In this document: piece after piece, positions 1-11,352 of the stretch
Layout of the letters: each line of letters starts with the position of its first letter
Position numbering within the stretch: position 1 is the stretch's first letter
NCBI GenBank assembly: GCA_013239625.1
Contig: MU054187.1
Location: 22,816,795-22,880,794 of the forward strand
Origin: Lama guanicoe
Taxonomy: Eukaryota
DNA: 64,000 nucleotides
Direction of reading: 5' to 3'
The notes under the pieces: model-generated
Told to the model about the DNA's origin: nothing
Seen by the model: the letters and a program-made list of their open reading frames with translations, nothing else
Database searches by the model: none
Made by a program: the position numbers and the translations under genes

Positions 1-770
1 TTTTTTTTAATCTCTATTTTATTTATTTCCTCCTTGATCTTTATACTTTCCTTCCTTCTGCTGCCTTTTGGGGTTTTTTGTTCTTCTTTTTCTAGTTCTT
101 TTAGTTAGTGGGTTAAATTGTTTATTTGAGATTGTTCTTCTTTTTTGAGGAAGGCCTGTATCACTATAAACTCCCCTCTTAGCACTGCCTTTTCTGTGTC
201 CCATAAATTTTGTGTGGTTGTGCTTTCATTTTCATTTGTCTCAAGGTATTTTTTAATTTCAGCTTTGATTTCCTCATTGACCCATTGATTTTTTAAGAAC
301 ATATTGTTTAATCTCCATGCTTTCCTTTTTTTCTCCTTTGTTTCTCTGTTGTTGATTCCTTGTTTCATGGCATTGTGGTCAGTAAAGATGCTTGAGATAA
401 TTTCTATCTTCTTAAAAGTGTTGAGGTTTCTTTTGTGCCCAAGTACATGATCAATTCTAGAAAATGTTCCATGTGCCCTTGAAAAGAATGTATATCTTAT
501 TTTTGGGGGGCATAATGCTCTGAAAATATCCACCAAATCTAATTTTTCTATTGTATTATTTAATTTCTCTGTTGCCTTATTTACTTTCTTTCTGGAAGAT
601 CTGTCTAGTGGTGTTAATGCGGTGTTAAAATCTCCAACTGTGATTGTATTCCCATCAATATCCCCCTTTATCTCTGTTAGTAATTGTTTTATGTATTTAG
701 GTGCTCCTATATTGGGTGCATATATATTAACGAGTGTAATATCCTCATTGTGTATCACTCCTTTAATCAT
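1..770 (-). mobile_element. Young LINE-1 fragment: ORF2 endonuclease region, 5'-truncated, continuing beyond the window start
   Basis: ORF 105..839 contains L1 ORF2p EN motifs (ITLVNIYAPNIGAPKYIKQLL, TVGDFNT, YTFFSRAHGTFSRIDHVLG, IISSIFTDHN). Similarity stops at about 770. Confidence 0.95.
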
Positions 771-840
771 AAATTTGTGTAGTTTTAAGGCAGTCGGTTG
801 GTGGTAATTTGTTATAGCAGCAACCGGAAACTCACTCACA
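769..840 (+). mobile_element. 3' end of an MLT1-type MaLR LTR
   Basis: ataaatttgtgtagttttaagg...gtggtaatttgttatagcagcaaccggaaactcactcaca matches the typical MLT1 terminus. Confidence 0.75.
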
Positions 841-1311
841 GTCTGACTTACAGTTAGAGGTAGTGAGGCTTAGGTTCCATATGAACGTTCACATAGTTGC
901 CAAGTGGTAGAGACTCTTAATAGTATCATCTATGAGATGAATTTACTCATAAAAATAACAGCAAAGTCAGCGACACTCTGGTTTCCTTTTGACCCATGAC
1001 CCTGAAATTCCCTGTACATTTTACCAGTTAAATGATGGTTGTGCATTTCTTGCATCTTGCTATTGTAGCTACTTAGACACTCTTGATTTAAGGCAGAGAA
1101 CATATCACACATCTTCAAACACCCCTCCAGTGCTGTCTCCTTAACTGTGAAATTCAGACTCACAAATGCTCCAAGTGGTTAAACTTCTTGAGTCACGTAC
1201 ATATTTTTCCCTTTGAAACTTTCAAGTTTTCTCCTTCTCCAGTCTCTTTGACTTGTGTCTCAGGATTCTTCATAGCACGCTAACGCTAGGAGAGAGATGA
1301 TTGTTCTCAAA

Positions 1312-1314
<3 letters not shown>

Positions 1315-1348
<34 letters not shown>
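1315..1348 (+). repeat. Poly(A) run, 34 nt
   Basis: Read directly from the sequence. Confidence 0.95.
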
Positions 1349-1349
<1 letters not shown>

Positions 1350-2677
1350 AACACACAATTCTGCAACAAAACAGATGAGAATTGTTTTAAAAACCTGACA
1401 GTTAGCAACGCCTGCAAGAGTTTCACCACCTACGTGAAACTGCATCTGGCTTCGGTACACACATGACCTGTTTGTTATTAGAAGCTGATTTCCTGAGGAG
1501 ATAAAAGGAAAAAAAAGTCTTAATTTTTTTTTTTTTGAGACTGGAAGCTGTCCTTTAGCATTTGTCTGGAGGAAGCCCCTTTTACATTTATGATTAGGAG
1601 TGTTAACTAGCTAGCTACCTTTGTTTGGGTTAATAAGCTATACCTTTACTTTTTTCATGCTTATTAGGTTTAGCCTTCTGAGAAAGGACAATTTCAAAAA
1701 TGTGCTTTACGCCTCGACCACTGGTTTATCTGGCAGAAAGAATTTTTGTGCTTGACGAAAGGTTTTTGTGTTTTTGTTTTCCCAATAAGAAAAGGCTTTT
1801 GGGGTCACAAGATATTTGTAGTTATATTTTGTTTGTTCCAACATATAAGAATGTAGAACAACAGCAAAAAAAAGTTGAAGAGAAAACTAGAGACACTTCA
1901 AGGCATTTAGAAACATGATAGTACTCCTAAGTGCATGTTTTCCTTTGCTCTCTCTCTCTCTCTTTTTCCCCCCATTTTATGGCATATATTTACAGAAAAC
2001 CTTAAAAAAAATGGTGTCATCATTCCTAACACTTCAAGGGCATTTCCTGTAATTTGAGTGTTCTCAGTTCTTCAGCAGCTAAAGATGAAAGGAGTTTCAA
2101 GATATATATTTATCTGGAAAGGTAAATATTGCTCCATTTAAAAATTTTACACCATTCAAACCCTAGGAGTGCAAGTAAGAAAAAGGGGAGCTTGGCAGTG
2201 GAGAAGCAGACTATGTAATGTATAAAGAAAGCAAGGTTGAGAAACAGAGCTGAAAGAGATGAGAATGAATATTCCAAGAAGGAATAAAAGATGGAAAATG
2301 TGGTTGAATGCTTGTGTATGTCTCTGTGTTTATATAATGAATAATGGTCCCAATGGAAAATACCATCAGATAATTTAGGAAAAGAAATATCGAAAAATTA
2401 TTTTCTGTACTTTATTCTTCAGTGTAAAGTCACTTTTTTCTTTTCTTTTTTTAATCCCAAAGGAGAAAAGGTGGATATTTTATTGAAAAAGTAGAGTTTC
2501 TATTTTTTTTCTTACTACTGTTACAACCATCTCAGTGTACCGTCTGTCAGAAAATCTTGAAGGGCCTTTAGAAATTAAATTATGGCAACTTAAACTTGAG
2601 CTCGCTTAATCATGACTGGGGTGTTCAGGCCGGAAAGCCTAAATCGCAATGCATTGCGAATCAGGTCTCCTGACTAG

Positions 2678-2693
2678 AGGTCACACGAGGTCA
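2678..2693 (+). promoter_or_regulatory. Perfect DR4 nuclear-receptor element (AGGTCA-N4-AGGTCA)
   Basis: The sequence is aggtca cacg aggtca. Function not demonstrated. Confidence 0.4.
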
Positions 2694-3493
2694 CCCCTTG
2701 GTCTTAGTCTGTCTCAGAAGTACTTCCTGCATCAGTCCCCCGTTATCAGTACTTCAGCCATCAGGAGCCTCCATCACCTCAGACTGGACTGATCTCTGGT
2801 CTTCCTTCCAACATATATTATGAAGCAGACTTCCTTTCTGATGCAATGATTAAAAAGGGAATTTGATCATATTAACTCTGCTTAAAAGTTGTTGGAGTTT
2901 TACTCTCCTCCAAACATTAGATTACAATCTATTTCCCTCAATCTAGCATTTAAACTTTTCACAGTTTGGCTAAAATCTGTTTCACATCCCAGTCTTTACA
3001 CTTCTATTAATAGAACGTTTCCCTACAGCTAAAATGCACCGATGGATGTTTTTAAAACCCATCTGCAATACTGCTCAGGGGGACAAAAGGACTTCCTAGG
3101 TCCACCTAAGTAAATAATCTGACTGCCATATTTGGCACCTGTGCTCAGAAGGACATAGGACAGAATCCCCGTCTTCCAAAAGGACAGCATCAGGAATTTC
3201 CCTTCTGTGGAAGCAGTTCTCACAACTGCCTAGCCAGCAGCCCACAGAGTCCTCTTTGGCCCCTCAGGTGGAGTTCAGGTTCAAGGCAAAGAGAGTCACA
3301 AAGGGCAGGTGGAAAAATAGCCCTGGCTTAAAAGCATCATTCCCGGCAGGAGCCAATATCTCCTGTGAAAATTCCATAGGCACCGTTTCCTGCGTGGAAC
3401 CTCTCACTGACAAGAGTCGTGTGCTCAGGGAAGCCCATTTCAGTGGCTCTCCATCGGATCATCCCTAGTTTCTCCTGGTCCTGATGCAACTCA

Positions 3494-3536
3494 CCAATCA
3501 GGGATCATTGTTCTCTAAGCAGTGTTGCCTAGCAAC
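3494..3536. promoter_or_regulatory. CCAAT box followed by an RFX X-box
   Basis: ccaatcag at 3494-3501 and GTTGCCTAGCAAC at 3524-3536, in apparently non-repetitive sequence. Confidence 0.4.
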
Positions 3537-3789
3537 TAGCTGACAGACTCTGTCTGGTCTCCAGGGAACGGAGCTGGAGGTTCTCATGCTGACAGATAGT
3601 TACTCCTTGAGGGACACCATCACACTCCTCACCATACTCTCTCGCCTTAGCTCGTGTTTCCTCTTGGGGTTCCCTCTTTTCTTGCTCTGTTTGTTTCTAC
3701 CTTCCCAGTTCTTCAAAGACTCAATGACTTTATGCTCCTCAAAGACTCTCCTGTCCTCTGCAGTTTAAAGTGATTTTTCATTATCTCTG

Positions 3790-3975
3790 AAGTCCTTCAG
3801 CACTTTTCCTACACCCTTTCTATTCTTATCACCTTAAACTCACATTAGATATTCCATTTACTTGTGCCTTAGGGTTATGGTTCTGATTAGATGAGTATCT
3901 GGAGACAAGTGATCATCCTTCACATGTCTTTGTTTCTCCAGTGCCTAATATTCAGGTGGTTAGTAAATGGACAGA
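3790..3975 (+). mobile_element. L2 3' fragment
   Basis: Degenerate L2 tail (tctttgtttctccagtgccta...ttagtaaatg). Confidence 0.5.
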
Positions 3976-4099
3976 ATGAGAACAAATCTCACAGTTATTT
4001 TTTGCATTTTGGTGACTGGTTCTTTTATAAAAATTATTACATAAATAACATATGCCTTAGGCACAAGAGAATATTAAAGATTTGATTTTTTCCTCCCAA

Positions 4100-6120
4100 C
4101 CCACACTCCTAATCCTCAGAAGAGATGGTCATATTTTTTCATGAAATTTTCTGTATATTCCTGTATGTGTAGATGCTCATTTTAGTGGCTATATTATATT
4201 TCACTGTTTAAATACCCCAGAATGCTACCAATGGATGCTTAAGTTACGGTGTCTCTTCTTCAAGTCCATACTTCTGGATTCTGCTTTATGAGTTTGGGAC
4301 TGGGACTCTGCAAACGAGTTTTTCCCAGGCAGCCAGCTGGCTTTCTACTAGGATCTTCTAATAGCAGGTGTTATAGAGGGTTGGAAGGCAGGGAGAAAGT
4401 TAAGGAAAGTGTTTATTCTTTTGAATTCAATTCTGGTTTGAATCTCCTTGTGAATGTCTCTCCAGCAGCAGCAGCAATTAATTCCATTTGCAGTTTCCCC
4501 AACATTCCCAGAAATAGCCCCATTGAACCCCCCAAAAAATCCGATGCTAGCTGCCTATGCCCTGTCCTTAGAGGTGTGAGTTTCAGCTTCTATAAGCCAT
4601 TGCTCCAAGCTTCTAAGTTTTACCAATTAAACCTCTTTCCTTTGTTTCATCAGCAAAAATAGTGGTGGTAAATGCTCTCTGCATGACGTTAGGTGTTCCC
4701 CTTTTGTCTCTTCAGTCCTCTAATTCCTAACAGTTCTTTGTGTCAGTTTTGTTTCCATTAAGGTTACTGGTGTGGTTTCTGTTTCCTGACTACTAGATCC
4801 TAACTAACATGCTGGAAATTTTTTTCTACTTTGTTTTGCTGTTAAAATCAAATAAATATCCTGTACACACCTTTTTCCAGTTGGTAAGCAAGTGTATCAA
4901 TAAAACTACTGGGCCGAATGATGCGTGCTTTTAAAATTTTGATAATTACTGACAAGTTGTCTTCCAAAGAGGTTGTACTAATTTCTAGTCCTACTATAAG
5001 TATATACAAACTTTTTTCACAAAATTTATACTAATATCATGTATTGTAAAACAAATGTTATGCCAGTAAACTAGTTGAAAACAGTTTTGGTGACTCTTAA
5101 AGTTTGCTTTTCTTGGAGTGAGATTTAGAATCTTTTCATGTTTGTGACCATTTGTATTTATAGCCCTTGTCCATTCACTGAGGTTTATTTTTTCTTTTAT
5201 TTGAAAGAGCTCTTTGTTTATGAAAGAAATTAGCCCTTTGGCATGAACTTTACATTTTTCTCAGTTTGCATTTTTCTTTTGTCTTTGTGATTTTTGTGTC
5301 CTACAAAGGTTTTCGAATGGTTGTGTAGTTTTTGTCCTTTGTCACCAGTTCTTGCTTAGAATGTTATTCTCCATACCAAGAATTAAACATAATTCCTCCA
5401 TGCTTTCTTTTAGTATCGTTTTAGTTTTCAATATTAAGCTTGTTAAATAGTCAGTGCACCTGAAATTTATTTTGAATACATTTACTTTAGAATAGTGATG
5501 TAAGATTACAACTTAATATTTTTCCAAGTGACCAACCAACTGTTCTAATGCCATTTGTTAAGTAATTCTCATCTTCCTACTAATTTAAAATGCCATTTTT
5601 TGTGATTTTTTGACTATGTAAATGTGTATCCTAAATTTTTGTATGTATTCTAAATCTATTTCTGGAATATATCAATTACTTTTTACACTTATCCCTTGTT
5701 TTCTATGCATTTGTGTTGAACTGTTGTAATTTTTGAAGCATTGTATTTCAATGTCTGGTGAGAGTCACCTTTACTGATTACTCTTTTTAAAAAGACATCT
5801 GCTGGCTATTCTCTCATTTTTATTTTTCCATGTGAAATTTTGAATTATTTGGGCTTTTTCAACAAATAAATATTTTGATGTTTTAATTGGAAAAGTGTGC
5901 TAAATTTAAAATTAATTTGTGAAGAATTGACATCTTTATGACATGGAATCTTCCTACTCAGGAACTGGTCTCTTTTTTCAAACTTTCTACTTCCAAGTTA
6001 CACAAGTGTCCTTTTATGACACTCAGTAAAATACATTCCTGAGCATTTTGTCTTTTTTCCTTGCTATTATGAATACCTTTTTTTCCTCATATTTTCTAAT
6101 GATAAAAGTCATCATATGAG
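4100..6120 (-). mobile_element. Ancient L1 (L1ME-like) 3' region, interrupted by an LTR
   Basis: Degenerate antisense L1 motifs (ttccaaagaggttgtactaatt, gaagaattgacatctttatg). Confidence 0.6.
4245..4810 (+). mobile_element. ERVL LTR, LTR33-like
   Basis: Internal motif ccagctggctttctactagg...ttggaaggcagggag and terminus gtggtttctgtttcctgac...taactaaca. Confidence 0.6.
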
Positions 6121-6219
6121 AAATATATGGAATTTTAAAAAATAAAGTTAAAAATTTTGAAACCATCGTATTACAGAATGTAAAATGTAAAGACTTTTTT
6201 TTCAAAAGAATTTTGAAAT

Positions 6220-7580
6220 TTTTTTGACACTCCATCATTCTTAAATATTTTAGTATGTGTTTCTTAAAAACAAGGACATTCCCTTAACGACGTAATCACA
6301 ATACATTCATCAAAATCAGGAACTTAACAGAGATAAATTACTGTCATCTAATCCTGAGACCCCATTCAAACTTAGCCACTTGTTCTGATAATGTTAAGTA
6401 AAAGGATTCAATTTAAAATCTCATGTTGTATTTCACTGTCTTGTCTCTTTGGTCTCCTTTAGTCTGGAACAGTTTCTAAGTCTTCGTGCCTTTCATGACC
6501 TTGATGCTGGGAGATTACAAACCAGTTATTTAGTGAAATATGCTTCAGTTGGTTTGTCTGATGTTTCTTTACGATTAGATGTAAGCTAGAGATCTTTGGC
6601 AGAAATGTCATAGAAGTGATTCTGTGTTCTTCTTCCATCTTATCAAGTGGCACATAATTTCACTTTAATCATTTGATTAAGGTGGTGCACTGGAGAGCTT
6701 CTCTGCTGCAAATTTGCTCTTATAGTTCTCAAGGGGAACTTTTGTATTTAATAAGTATTTTGTAAAAAAGTATTTTGAAGGTATGTAAATATTCCATTTC
6801 TCATTAAATATGTAGTCAATCCATCAATATAAATTTATAATTTCCTACTTTATTCAAAGAGTTTTAATGACTTACTATCATTATATATTTTCATGCCCCA
6901 ATTGTTTAATTGTTCACAGTCTGGCCACTGGGAGCAGCTTCAAGATGGTTTAAGCATTTCCTTGCTTTCTGGAGCAATAAGATTTTTCAGGCTTATCTTG
7001 CACTTTTCCCGATCTGAACCCTGGGACCAGCCATTTTCCCAAAGAGCCCTAGTTCATTTTAAGGAATTGTATTTTAAAATCAAGATCTGGGCGCAGTGTG
7101 TGTTCATTGATGTTAGAGTGTCAGAGCTGTCAGTGGACAGATCTACGGAATAACATTTTACATTTATGTTTGTTAGATCAGTTTATATCTATTGAAAACC
7201 TCATGTTTACAACAGTTTGTCCGAGTCCAGTGCAACTACAGGGCTCATTTTGGACTTCTCTCTTTCTTTATTGTAACTCTCTTTTTTTTCAAGTGAGAAA
7301 TCTTGCTCCTACCTGCTGTAATACCTTTGATCGGTTCCCCTGTATGTAGCCGATCTCTCATGCTACTGGCCCTTTAATCCCACTACGGGTCCCTCGCTGG
7401 GCACTGGCATGTCCCCTCCTCCTCCTCCCTCACACCATTGCTCCCCTCACCCGTCTTGGGCTCTGATTCTCTGCACGGGCCCGCCCCGCACAGGGATGCC
7501 CACCACACCTGGGGCTTGTCCATTGCCACACCCCATGTGGATGTCTGCTTCCTCCCCAGTCCGGGTGCTTTTAGGACTCA
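6220..7580 (-). mobile_element. Ancient L1MC-type 3' UTR fragments
   Basis: aaaacaaggacattccc...atcaaaatcaggaacttaaca, ccattttcccaaagagccctagttc, plus the GC-rich subrepeat typical of L1MC4/5. Confidence 0.6.
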
Positions 7581-7752
7581 TTTATTCAGAGAAAGGGACA
7601 AGCAATTGAATAGTAAGTTACTTTCATAATCAACCACTTCAGTCAATACCCTAATGGATTTCCAGTCTATGAAATTCTGTTTTCTACTTACGTAATTATA
7701 ATATTATCTTTTATTCTCTCTTTTCCCTCATTTTTATAAAGTGTGTATTTCT

Positions 7753-7793
7753 TTTTTTATTATTATTTTTTGAGTAGGGGAGGTCAATAGGTT

Positions 7794-7856
<63 letters not shown>

Positions 7857-7932
7857 ATGGAGGAACCGGGGATCAAACCCAGGACCTCACGCATGCTCAG
7901 CAGGCTCTCTACCACTGAGCTACACCCTCCCC
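7753..7932 (-). mobile_element. tRNA-Ala-derived camelid SINE (Vic-1 type) with (AAAG)n tail
   Basis: The reverse complement reads ggggagggtgtagctcagtggtagag...gaggtcctgggtttgatccccggttcctcca (A and B boxes), then (aaag)n and aaacctattgacctcccc. The flanks share tgtatttctttt, a probable TSD. Confidence 0.85.
7792..7856 (+). repeat. (TTTC)n microsatellite within the SINE tail
   Basis: About 16 perfect units, read directly. Confidence 0.95.
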
Positions 7933-9454
7933 ACATAACTTATGTATTTCTTTTACAAATTGTGTTGTTAGTTACTTCCAGAAGTGTGTAACCCTAGGGG
8001 TATTTGTATCATGTTCCTGAATTTATGCCATTGCTCCTAGGGTTTTAACGTTACACCTGAGGTCTTTTGGTTTGGTATAGTCATCAAGTTAAGAAAATAA
8101 GCTTTTTTTCTACTTAAATTATTTAAAACAATATTGAATACCTTTTGTATAATATTTGTCCTCTATCTTCCCGCCACAATAATCTGACTCAAAAAGATGT
8201 GAATATGTGTGGGGTCCTTGTTCAGCTTTACATTACAGGTATATGATGGGTTTGGGGCTCCTCTTAATCTGTCCTAGTTTCAAGAACACCCCTTTCCAGG
8301 TAAGATTTCTTTGGCTGTGCCCTTCAGGGCTATACCACCTTCCGCTGGAGAAGTCTGCTTATTTCCTCAAACAAGAGAAGTAAGTGCATCCAGGCCTCTT
8401 TTGAGTTTATTGAAATCACACCATTTGGCTGATATTCTTCAGAATGAGTGGTAAAGAAATATGCTAAATCCTCAGTTTTAACAAAGATTAAAAACATTTC
8501 TTCTTTTTATACTTTGTTACTTAGTGGGCTCTTTGCCCTGGTAAATAGGTTTTTACTGCCAAAAATGACAGCCAGATCTTCAGTCTCACGGAGAAGGGAG
8601 GTAAAGTCATTAAAGTGTAATACCTTCCATGGATCAGAGAGTGTCTGGCTTGTTTGCTGTCTGTCCGTTTGTTTTTATAAGTTTTTGGTGAATATTCTTT
8701 ACCATCATCTTTAAACACAACTTTATATTCACTTTCCTGCCTTCATTATTTTTCCCTTGATTTATTTTCCTGGCATACAACTGACCCTTGCCTGACATAT
8801 TAGAGCCATGTTCTTATTTATTCATTATAATTTAACAGACAATATTTATTTAAATTCAAGCACTGTGATGAGTTCTAGTGTTTCATGTATGAATAGGAAA
8901 TGGCTCCTACCCTCAGGGGATAATGATAAAGTGAAAGAAACATTAGATATAAATGAAAAATTCATAAAGAAGGATAATGCCTGCTTCAGTGCAACTATTT
9001 TTTGGTTTTAATGTGACAACTTTTTTAAGGGAAGAGAAGTTAAATGTCACAGATAGGTTAACTTCTGAGGTGGATCTAAATGGATAGATACTTTTTTATT
9101 TCCTTTAAGTTGAGAAAGAACCAAAGAGAATAATATCTTGAAAGGACAAGATACGTTCACAGAGGAGTCAGAAAATTCATCATTGAAAGATGGGGGGCAA
9201 GGAATTAAATAAACAAACAAATATGCTGGACCAGATCTGACATCAATTAAAACCATTACATTCTTCCCTGGTATCAATCACCCTATTCAATTCTGCTTGT
9301 GTATCGAACAAAAACTGTTAATAGCTTACTTCCATAGTCACTGAATTCTTTTACTATGATGAATGTTTGCAATTAAACTCTATTGACAAACTTTGCCAAT
9401 AAGATTAGAGAAAATTACTCACATTTTTAATTGATTTTTTTTTTAATTTTGCAG

Positions 9455-9527
9455 GCTTGAAAATGTCTAAGATCATTGACTATGGGCAGTTGAATGCATT
9501 ATGTCACAGGAGAGGACTGCAGTTCAG
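9455..9527 (+). CDS. CNBD1: CNBD1 coding exon 2 (73 nt): xLKMSKIIDYGQLNALCHRRGLQFS
   Basis: Polypyrimidine tract with ttgcag acceptor and AG/gtacgt donor. The peptide matches recalled human CNBD1 LKKSKHINYGQLNALCHIRGQHS. Phase is compatible with the next exon. Confidence 0.92.
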
Positions 9528-10234
9528 GTACGTTATTGTGCACTTCTTTTCCTGTCATTCAAATGTCTACGAATATGTTTGTTTCATGGGTAAAGTACAG
9601 GAATAAACCATTGTTGACTCTCAGAGGTGCTGGCTTCACCACACAGGTGAAAACATTTGAAAACCTGGAGGTTATTTCTCCAGACTGAAGGTGCAGAGGT
9701 ATATGTCATATTTTAAGGAAACAATTTAGTGGGAAGCAAACTTGATGCATCCTTAGGATTGCCTAGGACTCGAAAAGCAGTCGCAAGGCGGAAAAGCTTT
9801 AAGTGGTTGAAAACACAAATCTTGAGTGAAATGGTACTTGAGTAGCCCACAGGAGGTGCCTCGTTGAAATATACTGGAGCCAAAGAACAGAGGAGCATCA
9901 TGGTTCAAGGCTCAGGATTCCTAAGATATGTGACACTTGAAGGTATAATTTTTAAAAATCTGTTTTCTTGCCAAAGTCTTTTCCCAAGTTGGGTTTTTGA
10001 AATTCTAAAACTGGTTTCTTCTCCAGCCATCAGTGCCCATCTGTCCCCGGGACCTTGCCTCATCTTCAGACACATCCTCTTAACCACTTCAAATGATTTC
10101 TATATTTTCGTTGATTTTTTTCCTCCATTCCTTCTTCCTCAGAGGAAGGGAGGGAGATATGCTTAAAAAACATTCCTTAGATTTCTCCAAAGAATACTTT
10201 TTTCCTTTGCACTCCTGCCTCCTCACTCCCAGCA

Positions 10235-10470
10235 CCCTCTGGCACGGGACAAAGCATGAGGTGCATGCACTCTGGAGTTGGGTCACCTGCTTTGAATCCT
10301 GACCCAGCCATTTCCAAGCTATGAGGTCTTGGACTGGTTATTTAATTTCTTTTTAGCTCACTTTTCTCATTTGTACATCCATTTCAAAGACTTATAAGGA
10401 CAATTAAATGAACTAATATGCAGTGTCTGACACATAGGAAGAACTACATAAAAAGTTTATTATTATTCAG
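10235..10470 (+). mobile_element. MIR SINE
   Basis: MIR core: ctttgaatcctgacccagccatttccaagctatgaggtcttgg...cttttctcatttgta. Confidence 0.75.
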
Positions 10471-11352
10471 AAAAGCTCAGCCAAGTTTTTAGCTATTGAA
10501 CTTATTCGCCGGTCCCTTTTCCAACACATAAGAAGCTAGTTAAGTCTTTTGGAGCAGAACACCTTTTTTCTAGCTGGGACTTTTTTTTTTAAAATGTGTT
10601 TCTAGATCCCCCACCCTCCCCCCTGCTTTGGGGACATCATAAGAGAGATGAAGTCACCTAGATCTGGGTATGGCAAAGAATCCATTCTGCATAGATTTTC
10701 TCAGCCTTCATCTTCTTGGTTTGAAAAATTCTTCCCAGGCAGTGTTTCCTCATCAGACAATCATTTGGTCCAGGCTCAGTCTGGCTGTCCTGCTTGAATT
10801 CCCTCTATTAAGTCTCACATTTGCTCTGCCTTCTCTTAGACACTAACTCTCCTGAATTTCTTGGCTGCTTTCTTCTGAGGCAGTGGCACACACCAGGGGG
10901 CCGGAAGGGGCCACATTTCAGGGGAAATGTGCATAGGTTTTGGGTCATTATTTTAGACAAAAAATAATAAGATTGCAAATACAAAATTAGATGTAAAAAT
11001 GAGTACTTATTTAGAATGAGAAAATAAAATTATGACAAATTAATGAGGGCTTGGTAATTCAGGCTCTTTTCCTGCCCTGAGATTTCTTTAGGCAATCGAT
11101 CAGAAATGCACACACACACATTGTTTAAGTCTTTCACCATTACAAAGCTTTCAGTTGATTTCAACAAATCAGGAAGAGATTTAAGGAAAACATGCTCCTC
11201 CATATTTATTCTTTATGTATTCCATGTTAAAAATGGCCAATAAAGTATACTGTTCATCTATAATAAATATAGAAATGCTGAGAATTAAATGACTCAAGGG
11301 TTGACATTTTTTTGGTACATGAAGCCTACCAAGAGTCTTAGCTTTGAAGCTA

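Noticed and set aside
1315..1348. Poly(A) as the tail of a processed pseudogene
   Set aside because: No polyadenylation signal, recognisable mRNA or convincing TSD nearby.
7340..7580. GC-rich patch resembling a small CpG island
   Set aside because: Resembles the GC-rich subrepeat of L1MC-type 3' UTRs and is contiguous with the adjacent L1MC fragments.
7857..7932. Apparent tRNA-Ala gene
   Set aside because: Mismatched stems, SINE tail and TSD show it is a SINE head, not a functional tRNA.
1..9454. CNBD1 exon 1 (expected peptide similar to MPMSSLPAAILSHMTAINNVPPPP)
   Set aside because: No matching frame with a phase-1 donor found. The look-alikes at about 4454 (atgtctctccagcagca, inside an LTR) and 7409 (MSPPPPP, inside L1MC) do not match.
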